A DNA stretch of 13,823 nt from Candidatus Eiseniibacteriota bacterium (GTDB taxonomy: Bacteria > Eisenbacteria > RBG-16-71-46 > JABDJR01 > JAWXBZ01). A program made the translations under genes and the position numbers. Position 1 is the first letter of the stretch. Each line of letters begins with the position of its first letter. The notes beneath the pieces are model-generated. The model did not search any database and was not told the DNA's origin. It was given only the letters and a program-made list of their open reading frames with translations. Below are positions 1 to 7,589 of this stretch, one piece after another. Where the stretch lies: the NCBI GenBank assembly GCA_034440375.1, contig JAWXBZ010000241.1, forward strand, positions 1 through 13,823. The letters run 5' to 3'.

Positions 1-3000
1 CACCGACAACGACCCGTCGGACGGATGGGGCGGCCTCGAAAATTGGCCGTTCAACCCGCTTGACGACAACATCGACAACGACCTGGACGGCACGTTCGAC
101 GAGGCCGACGAAAGCGAATTTGTGTACCACATTCGCGCCGTCGCCACGGATGACTGCTTCAACAAGGGATACAGCGACCGGCAGAACCCGTCGGTCATCG
201 TTCCGGTCACCGTCGATGCCACGCCGCCGGCCTGCGTGCTCGCGGCGCCGACCAACGGCTCCATTCACAGCATCGGTTCGACGATCACGCTGACCACCGC
301 GCCGTCGACCGACACCGATGTTCTCTACGTCTCGTTCCAGTACAACATCGGTGACGGCTGGCATGCCATCGATGCCACGCCGATTGACGATACCGACGAG
401 CTTGACGGTTTTGACGGTCAGCACACGCCGGCCACCGTCAGGAATGCGAACGGCACCTACAGCATCACATGGAACACCTGGTTCCTCACCGAGACGGACT
501 TTTACGTTCGTCTCCGGTGCGTCGCCCGGGACATCGCGGGTAATTTCTCCGGCGGTGGCGGGGCGTTTGACACGGGTGAACCGCCGATCGAATACGTCAC
601 CATCCTGATGAACGACGACACCGCTCCGCTGGCAGCCCTGACCCATGTGGCTGACACCGGTCCGGCGTACATCCTGAAGTCAATCGTCGACCCGACGCTG
701 GCCATCAACGACCAGGTTCTCCTGATCGGGACGGCCTCCGGCGGACGGAATGGCGATGTGGCCACGGTCATGCTGCAGTACTCCACCAATGGCACCACAT
801 GGCTGGATGCGGGCGTCACCAACGTCCTCGGCGAGTTCTTCGTCGAGGCGCCGCAGACCAACTTCTTCATCATCTTTGACACGATCGCCCTCGGCCTGGC
901 CGACGGGCCGGTCTGGCTGCGCACGGTAGCCGTCGATTCCGACGGCAACGTCCAGGGCGATACGAACGGCAACGGCATCCTCGAATCGAGTGAAGTCGTT
1001 CCGGGCGCCGTCAAGGTCGCCGTCGACAACAGCGAGCCGGCCATGTGGCTGGTCCAGGTGGGCCCGGTGTTCGGTTCGCCGGTCCCGGATCACACCCTGA
1101 TTCAGTACGACCTGTGGCCTCGTGAGGTCATGCGCGGAAGCCAGTTCGAGCTCGATTCGGCTCTCCGTCTGGCTGACGATCTGACCTTCCAGGCTGCCGA
1201 TCCAAACGACGGCAGCGTGGACGTCCTGAATGCCACCTTCCTCCAGTTCTACGACGACTGGACCGATCACGACCACCCGACGTGGGAGCCCGCGTTCCCG
1301 CCGATCCCGGAGATCGATGCGGACAACAACGGGGCCATCGACGTGAACGAGATCGAAAACTTCGTCGGCAACCTGTTCAACTACAACATCGCGTTCAGCA
1401 ACTTCCTGGACACTGCGGCTGACTGGCGCTTCGCGTATCGCGATGAGGTCGGCAACAACGGACCTCCCGGGCCGCCGCAGGATGGTCACTGGTATCTGCA
1501 GTTCGGCAGCATCAGTGCGCTGAAGGAAGCCATGAACGAGGCAGCTGGCGGCTTCGACCCCGGTGGGGAAGGCAAGGGGCTTCTCGCCCCGCAGTCGCCG
1601 GCCGGCTTCGACGCCATGCTGCCCGACAAGGAGTACCAGTTCCGCGCTCTGGCGATCGACTACGCGGGTAACGCCAACACCGGGTACATCGGTCACACAC
1701 TGCGCATCGACGCCACGGACCCGACCGTCGAGGAGATCTTCGCTGGAAACAACGAGATCGAGGGCGGCGGCGGCGGTGGCATTCAGATCACCCCCAGCAC
1801 GGCCCAGGTTGCGGGCGGCGATGACATGCCGCTGGCGGCCCTGGTGTTCGACGACTACCCGGTTTCAATCGTCGAGCGCGGTGCCAACAGCCGTTTGACT
1901 CCGCAAGGCTTCGATCCGGACCTCCCGGGTACCGACAGTGAATCGTCGGGTATCTGGGGTGTTCGCTTCGAGCAGCGCGCGCAGAACGGCGACGGCACCT
2001 GGCACAACATCGGTCTCGGTACCTTTAACTCCGAGACTGGTCTTTGGGAAATCATCTGGGAGACGCCGGAAAACCTGGCGCGGGGCACGCAGAGCCCGCA
2101 GCAGGATGACGGTTCGAGCACGACCGACTCGCTGTACGCCATTCGTGCGACGGCGGTCGACTCGGCCGGCAACGTCGGCTTCCTGATCCGCGAGGATGCG
2201 GTCAACGTTCAGGACCACACCCCGCCGGATGACACGGAAATTGTCGACATCAACGGTTCCGGTGAAGGCGACTGCGTCGGTAACTACCCACCGAACACGA
2301 ACGAAGAAACCGTTCGTGCGCCGGATGGCACGTGGATCCGAGGCACCGTCGAAATCACCGCGGCCACGCAGTACGGGGATCCCTCCATGCTGCCTGGCCT
2401 CTCCGAGAATGACGATGTCTTTAGGCCGACCGTGTTCTTCGAAGCTCGTCGTGTCGGATCGACGGAATGGTTCCTCATCGGGACCAGCACCGAACCGTTC
2501 GGCGGCGGCATCATCGAGAGCGCGCCCGGTGTCACGGAACTCCAGAGCCACCTCGGTCCGCAGTGGATCGTGGTGTGGAACACCCTTCAGGAAAACGGCA
2601 GTGGCGATCGGATCTGGGTGGACGGTCAGTACGAAGTCCGCGCCTGGGGCCGTGACGTCTGGGGCAATACAGAGCTCCTGACCAACGGTGAAATGCCGCT
2701 GACGGTTCGCGTCACGATCGACAACACGGCTCCGGTGGCGGAAGTTGACGCCGACTGGAGAACTCCGGGTCGCGAAGTCGAAGCGTCTGTCGAGCGGAAC
2801 AACCCGGCTGGCTACACCATCCTGGTTCGGACCGCCGACGACGACGAAGACATCACGATCCGTTACTACTACAAGCTCAGCACGGACCTGAACATCGCCT
2901 CGTCGTGGCACTTCATCGACGAAGATGACGAAGGGTTCGACGAAAGTGACGAGAATCCGGACAGGAATCGTCCGTACTCCTTCGACTGGAACACGAATGC

Positions 3001-6000
3001 CATCGCCGACTGTGATGACATCCTGATCCCGGGCGAGACGTACGACATCGGATTCTCCGCCACGGACCGTCTTTGCAACGAACTGAGTGTCGTCGCGGCG
3101 CATGACGCGGGTTACACCTCGCGCCTGCACGTGGTTGACACGATTGCTCCGATCGCTGTGATTACCGAACTCCAGCGTGAGGTCGGCAATAACGACAGAA
3201 TCGAGTTCCCGCAGCGCGTCCAGATCCGCGCCCTCAACTATCTGCAGGCGACCATCATCAACGGTCACCGGGATGGCGAGAGCGTCTCGTTCTGGTTCAC
3301 CCGGAAGACCGGCGCCACGGCACCGGCATTCAACACGGCGAACTGGACACTGGCCGATGCGGACATCGAAGAAGTGGGCGATCAGACCTGGCGTCTCCGG
3401 AACTGGGATTCGAGCACGCTGGCTGAAGGTGAGTGGTGGTTCGTGGCCGTGGCGGAAGATTGCTACGACAACAGCGACCCCAATCCAGTGGCCATCATTC
3501 TGGTCATCGATCGCACCGGCCCGACGTTTGTTGGAGTCAATCCCGACAATGGCGAGATTCTGGTGCCCGAGGTGACGGACTGCTTCAGCTCGAACAGCCC
3601 GCGCGTCATCGACCTCATCGTCCGCAACCTGGACAACGATGTCGACTACACGACGTTCAACGACAACAACATCGTCTTCCAGTACAAGAAGTCCGAAACG
3701 GCTGACCGCGAGGAGAACTGGATCGACATCACGAACCAGGAACTCCGTAACGGCGGCACCGGCAGCAACACCGGTCAGCAGCCGACCTACTCGGCGGCCA
3801 TCAACATCCGGAACCTGCAGGGTGACGGGCTCTACGACTTCCGTGTCTGCGCGCAGGACGTGGCGGGTAATCAGACCTACTACGTCTTCTCGACGATGGC
3901 GGTGGTTGACAACACAAAGCCGGTCATCGAGATCAGCTACATCCAGTTCCTCAACCGGATCGACGACGACGTTCTGGACCTGACGCCGCAGCCGGTGAAT
4001 GGCGGCATCCTGCCGGACATCTCGGCGGGCGAGCAGATCCGTCTGTACGTCACCGCTTCGGATGATGAACCGCAGATTCCGAACACCAAACAGCCGGGCA
4101 ATACGGACCTGACTGGTGTCTTTGAAATTCAGTTCTATCTGATCGACGGTCCGAACGGCAGCGGCACGTACCCGCAGAACCTGGGTACCGCCGCCTTCGA
4201 TGCGGCCACCGGTCAGTACTATGTCGTGTGGAACACCACGGCCCTGCCGGATGGTGACTACACGATCGAGGCGCGTGGCGAGGACGAAGTCCGTAACTGC
4301 ACCTCCAGCCAGACGGTCACCGGGAACGTTTCGAATCCCGCGAAGCCGCTGGCCCAGGTTGCGGCCTTCAATCCGGACCTGCTCTCGGAAATCACGAAGG
4401 GCACCAACAGCCGTGTGTACGGCCTGACCTTCGGCGAGAAGCTGGCCAGCACGATGTTCTTCCAGTACCGCACCATCCCGGCACAGGGCACCCCCTCGCC
4501 GGACTGGATCAACATCGGCGCTGCCAACTTTACCGGCGAGGTTCTGACGAGCCGCGAGCTGTCGCTCCTGCCCCAGTCGCTCTGGTTCAGCAACATGAGA
4601 ATCAGCGACATTCCCAACGACACCAACATCGACTTCCGCGCCGTGGCCGTTGCCTCGTCGTCGGTTGACTCACTCGGCCTTGGCGGAACCATCGCCACCG
4701 AACCGGTCAACGACACCGAGTCCAACTACTACGGTCGTACGGTCGGCGGCGGGTTCTCCACGGCAGACGGCGATCCGGGTGATTTCAGTGGTCTCTACGA
4801 CACGGCCAACACCCCGATCCTCCGGATGACGAAGCGGACCGGACCGACCGGCCAGGCATATCTTGAATACGTTCAGTCCCTCGCGGGCCAGCCCGAGCTA
4901 ATCACGGCGGTCAACTCGCAGGGCGTCGAATTCACCTCCAACACCCTCATCTCGGTCACCACGACCAGCGGCCTCGTGTCGCCCTTCGTGGTCATCGTCG
5001 GCGAGGATGGAACCGGTGCGATCGACGAGACGATTCTCGAGGTGAATCGCCGGATCGACAATCCGCTGATCTGGACGGGCGACTTCCGCTCCGGCTCGAC
5101 GGACTTTACCGATCTTGATCCGACGGAAGGTGCCCGAATCGGCGTGTTCGCCACGGCTCATCTGAAGCGTGCGACCCTCGACGCGGCTCCCCCGCGGATC
5201 GACATGGCAACCAAGCTCTGGACCATCCACCAGGTGACCCCGGCCGCCGGTTCCAACGGCATCGCGGGTATCGATGGACGGAACGGTCTGGACGCAAATG
5301 GTTGCCCGAAGGACGGCTTCGCTTTCGAAGTCCCGTCCGGTGCGTTCAACAACAACGTCGGAATGCTGCTCGACACGGTGAACCGTCCGACGACGCCGAC
5401 CGAGCAGGATCTGTACCTCTCGGCTTTCGGTCCGACCTATCGCGTGTACTTCCTGAACGACGATTGGGAAGACTGTGACGCCTGCGCCAATGACAACGGC
5501 TGGCAGTCCACCGGCTGGATGCGTTACGACGACAATGACCCGGCGATCCGCTCGGAAGCGGAAGTCACGGTCCGTCGCTGGAACGGCTCCGCCTGGACCT
5601 CATCCGGCATCAGTCACATCGAAGTCGATACGCTGAACAACTGCATCATGTTCACGTACGACCCGAACTCGGCAAGTCCCAAGGATCTGAATCCGATCTT
5701 CAGCGCGGTCACCACCGATCGGTTCAGCCCGGTTCAGGTGGACGCGGTTCCGTTCTGCCGCGGCTACTCGGATCAGGATCCGATCTTCAAGACAGTTCTC
5801 ACCAACCAGGGCGAGGCGATTGATCCGGGCACCATCCGGGTCTTCGTCGACGGCCGGGAAGTTGCGGCTGTCCGTTCCTACAACAAGGGTGATGTTCAAA
5901 CGGCATCCTCTTCAGGCGGCTACAGTCACTGGCTGCTCTACAACGGCTCGTGGCTCGACGTCGAGCAGATCAGCAGCGATGGTCGTCGCTACGAAGTGAC

Positions 6001-7474
6001 CTTCGGCTGGCCGTGCGATAACGCCACGGAACTGCAGGGTGGTCAGCACACCTTCGAGGTGTGGTTCTCCGATTTCAGCCGGAGCACCTTCTTCGGTGTG
6101 GGGCAGCCCTGGATCTTCGAGGTTGATCGCACCCCGCCGACGATCATCATGAACGGCGCCTTCGTGGGTGACCCGCGGCAGAACACCGCTGCCGGCTACA
6201 TCGGCGAAGACACCGATGCCATCACGGTCAAGTTGATCGACAGGGAGTCGGGCGTCCTCTTCCGCGAAGACCGGATCGACGACGACGACTACAGTCACTA
6301 CTGGTGGGACGATGTCGAGGACTATTGCGCCATCGCCCGCTACTCACTGCTCTATGACTCGTGGTTCTACGAGAACGAAATTCCGATCCAGTTCGATTCG
6401 GACAACAGTTTCAAGTACGACCTGTGGGTGGTGGATTCGGAAGCTGAGGACGATCAGACCTCGGTGGACGAAATCGAGGAGCGCACGCTGCTCCACACCG
6501 GCACGGCCGACGAACTGTGGCCGAACGTTACCTTCAGCGATGACGGCGACACCCTGACGGTTCCGCTCTATATCCTGGGCGGCGGCCGCATCAAGGACGG
6601 CGATGTGCTCGAAGTCGTTCTCTACAGCAAGCGCTATGAGATCGCCCCGATCACAAACCTCCTGAACGAGTATCTGGACCAGATTTCGGGTCAAGGTGGT
6701 CTGTACGGCGACGGCTGGTGGATCGATTTCTCCACCAAGCGTCTCGTCCAGTACGCCTCATCCATCCAGGACTGCATCAACAACGCCGGTTCGCGGTTCG
6801 TGGAGCAGCGGTTCATCGTCGACAAGGGCGCCCCGGTGGTCGAAGTGACCTCCCCGGGTATCTCCTGCGACGGGACACCGGTTGCCAACCCGATCGAGCC
6901 AGTGGCTGACTACACCTTCCATGCCAACTTCGACGACCAGGGTGCCGGCGTTAACCTGTCCACAGTGACAGTCACCGTCGTGGGCCCGGTTGCTGATGGG
7001 GACGTGAACGGTGTCACACTCAACGGTCTTGAAATCACCGAGGACGGTGTCACGTTCACCATTCCGCTGAGCGACCTGCTTGTCGGCCAGTACCGCATCC
7101 GCATCAAGGGTGAGGACCGGCTCGGCAACAAGTTCGACAAGGAATGCGTGCTCTTCGTGGGCGGCAACTCGCTCGCACTGGGCAACGTGGTTGCTTTCCC
7201 GAACCCCTTCAACCCGGGCGCCACGGATCTCACGCTGGCGTTCGACAACGTGAAAGCCGCCAACATCTCCGTCGAAGTCTTCGACTGGAACGGTGACAAG
7301 GTGGCCACCATCGGCCGGACGCAGTTGCCGGCCGGCAGGAACGTGATCAAGTGGGCGGGCCAGTCGGATGACGGCAAGCCGCTGGCGAACGGTGTCTACC
7401 TGGCTCGCATTGATGCGAACGATGGTACGCGCACCGTGAGCCAGGTCCTCAAGATCGCGGTCTGGCGTGATTAA
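1..7474 (+). CDS. Giant acidic secreted/surface protein with tandem Ig-like modules and C-terminal FlgD-Ig / T9SS-sorting-like domain (5'-truncated, >2490 aa)
   Basis: Frame 2 is open from nt 2 (TDNDPSDGWGGLENWPFNPLDDNIDNDLDGTFDEADESEFVYH...), so the GTG at 122 is internal and the true start lies upstream of the window. The motif pattern QY..W...WNT...Y.(L/I)RA.A.D..GN...(V/I)D.T.P recurs, as in bacterial Ig-like domains. The C-terminus reads FPNPFNP...ISVEVFDWNGDKVATI...KWAGQSDDGKPLANGVYLARI...KIAVWRD, an FlgD-Ig / T9SS-CTD-like signature. TAA at 7472-7474. Confidence 0.9.
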   Translation, partial: TDNDPSDGWGGLENWPFNPLDDNIDNDLDGTFDEADESEFVYHIRAVATDDCFNKGYSDRQNPSVIVPVTVDATPPACVLAAPTNGSIHSIGSTITLTTAPSTDTDVLYVSFQYNIGDGWHAIDATPIDDTDELDGFDGQHTPATVRNANGTYSITWNTWFLTETDFYVRLRCVARDIAGNFSGGGGAFDTGEPPIEYVTILMNDDTAPLAALTHVADTGPAYILKSIVDPTLAINDQVLLIGTASGGRNGDVATVMLQYSTNGTTWLDAGVTNVLGEFFVEAPQTNFFIIFDTIALGLADGPVWLRTVAVDSDGNVQGDTNGNGILESSEVVPGAVKVAVDNSEPAMWLVQVGPVFGSPVPDHTLIQYDLWPREVMRGSQFELDSALRLADDLTFQAADPNDGSVDVLNATFLQFYDDWTDHDHPTWEPAFPPIPEIDADNNGAIDVNEIENFVGNLFNYNIAFSNFLDTAADWRFAYRDEVGNNGPPGPPQDGHWYLQFGSISALKEAMNEAAGGFDPGGEGKGLLAPQSPAGFDAMLPDKEYQFRALAIDYAGNANTGYIGHTLRIDATDPTVEEIFAGNNEIEGGGGGGIQITPSTAQVAGGDDMPLAALVFDDYPVSIVERGANSRLTPQGFDPDLPGTDSESSGIWGVRFEQRAQNGDGTWHNIGLGTFNSETGLWEIIWETPENLARGTQSPQQDDGSSTTDSLYAIRATAVDSAGNVGFLIREDAVNVQDHTPPDDTEIVDINGSGEGDCVGNYPPNTNEETVRAPDGTWIRGTVEITAATQYGDPSMLPGLSENDDVFRPTVFFEARRVGSTEWFLIGTSTEPFGGGIIESAPGVTELQSHLGPQWIVVWNTLQENGSGDRIWVDGQYEVRAWGRDVWGNTELLTNGEMPLTVRVTIDNTAPVAEVDADWRTPGREVEASVERNNPAGYTILVRTADDDEDITIRYYYKLSTDLNIASSWHFIDEDDEGFDESDENPDRNRPYSFDWNTNAIADCDDILIPGETYDIGFSATDRLCNELSVVAAHDAGYTSRLHVVDTIAPIAVITELQREVGNNDRIEFPQRVQIRALNYLQATIINGHRDGESVSFWFTRKTGATAPAFNTANWTLADADIEEVGDQTWRLRNWDSSTLAEGEWWFVAVAEDCYDNSDPNPVAIILVIDRTGPTFVGVNPDNGEILVPEVTDCFSSNSPRVIDLIVRNLDNDVDYTTFNDNNIVFQYKKSETADREENWIDITNQELRNGGTGSNTGQQPTYSAAINIRNLQGDGLYDFRVCAQDVAGNQTYYVFSTMAVVDNTKPVIEISYIQFLNRIDDDVLDLTPQPVNGGILPDISAGEQIRLYVTASDDEPQIPNTKQPGNTDLTGVFEIQFYLIDGPNGSGTYPQNLGTAAFDAATGQYYVVWNTTALPDGDYTIEARGEDEVRNCTSSQTVTGNVSNPAKPLAQVAAFNPDLLSEITKGTNSRVYGLTFGEKLASTMFFQYRTIPAQGTPSPDWINIGAANFTGEVLTSRELSLLPQSLWFSNMRISDIPNDTNIDFRAVAVASSSVDSLGLGGTIATEPVNDTESNYYGRTVGGGFSTADGDPGDFSGLYDTANTPILRMTKRTGPTGQAYLEYVQSLAGQPELITAVNSQGVEFTSNTLISVTTTSGLVSPFVVIVGEDGTGAIDETILEVNRRIDNPLIWTGDFRSGSTDFTDLDPTEGARIGVFATAHLKRATLDAAPPRIDMATKLWTIHQVTPAAGSNGIAGIDGRNGLDANGCPKDGFAFEVPSGAFNNNVGMLLDTVNRPTTPTEQDLYLSAFGPTYRVYFLNDDWEDCDACANDNGWQSTGWMRYDDNDPAIRSEAEVTVRRWNGSAWTSSGISHIEVDTLNNCIMFTYDPNSASPKDLNPIFSAVTTDRFSPVQVDAVPFCRGYSDQDPIFKTVLTNQGEAIDPGTIRVFVDGREVAAVRSYNKGDVQTASSSGGYSHWLLYNGSWLDVEQISSDGRRYEVTFGWPCDNATELQGGQHTFEVWFSDFSRSTFFGVGQPWIFEVDRTPPTIIMNGAFVGDPRQNTAAGYIGEDTDAITVKLIDRESGVLFREDRIDDDDYSHYWWDDVEDYCAIARYSLLYDSWFYENEIPIQFDSDNSFKYDLWVVDSEAEDDQTSVDEIEERTLLHTGTADELWPNVTFSDDGDTLTVPLYILGGGRIKDGDVLEVVLYSKRYEIAPITNLLNEYLDQISGQGGLYGDGWWIDFSTKRLVQYASSIQDCINNAGSRFVEQRFIVDKGAPVVEVTSPGISCDGTPVANPIEPVADYTFHANFDDQGAGVNLSTVTVTVVGPVADGDVNGVTLNGLEITEDGVTFTIPLSDLLVGQYRIRIKGEDRLGNKFDKECVLFVGGNSLALGNVVAFPNPFNPGATDLTLAFDNVKAANISVEVFDWNGDKVATIGRTQLPAGRNVIKWAGQSDDGKPLANGVYLARIDANDGTRTVSQVLKIAVWRD
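122..4348 (+). repeat. Array of about 10 degenerate tandem Ig-like protein modules (about 124-228 aa spacing)
   Basis: Module-boundary motifs: VDATPP (nt 212), NDDTAP (611), VDNSEP (1022), IDATDP (1706), QDHTPP (2210), IDNTAP (2717), VDTIAP (3134), IDRTGP (3506), VDNTKP (3905), VSNPAKP (4328). Each is preceded by a variant of R.(V/T)A.D..GN. Two more occur at 6122 (VDRTPP) and 6818 (VDKGAP). The repeat is visible only at protein level. Confidence 0.75.
7172..7471 (+). other. FlgD-Ig / T9SS C-terminal sorting-like domain of the giant protein
   Basis: FPNPFNP, VEVFDWNGDKVATI, W.G..DDG..LANGVYLARI; these match the known CTD/FlgD_ig motif pattern. Confidence 0.85.
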
Positions 7475-7480
7475 CACCAC

Positions 7481-7514
7481 CTCCGGGGGGGGGGCGCGGG
7501 CCCTCCTCCCGGAG
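7481..7514 (+). other. Strong intergenic stem-loop (15 bp including 2 G-U pairs, GCGG loop) without U-tract; likely mRNA-stabilising, pausing or partial termination element
   Basis: CTCCGGGGGGGGGGC-GCGG-GCCCTCCTCCCGGAG, starting 6 nt after the stop codon. The two mismatches are G-U wobbles only in the + strand transcript. It is followed by TTCAAG, not poly-T. Confidence 0.7.
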
Positions 7515-7575
7515 TTCAAGTCGGAAGCGAAACACGGAATCAACGGGAATCGAGTGAGGCTGGGAAACTGTGGAA

Positions 7576-7583
7576 AAGGAGGT
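7576..7583 (+). promoter_or_regulatory. Shine-Dalgarno site
   Basis: AAGGAGGT 6 nt upstream of ATG 7590. Confidence 0.85.
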
Positions 7584-7589
7584 TTACTG

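Noticed and set aside
122-124. ORF-track start (GTG 122) of the giant protein
   Set aside because: The frame is open back to nt 2 with the same composition, and there is no SD site or signal peptide at 122. The gene begins upstream of the window.
5474-5485. CDAC as a heme c binding site
   Set aside because: It lacks the His of CxxCH; more likely a disulfide in an exported protein.
7485-7494. G10 homopolymer as a phase-variation tract
   Set aside because: It is intergenic under the corrected start, is not in a promoter spacer, and is explained as one arm of the hairpin. Read-level length variation would be needed to revive the idea.
7467-7589. ORF-track N-terminal extension of the PorV-OmpA gene (GTG 7467)
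   Set aside because: It runs through the intergenic hairpin and overlaps the upstream stop. ATG 7590 has a perfect SD site and begins a signal peptide. ATG 7614 is too close to its AGGAG.
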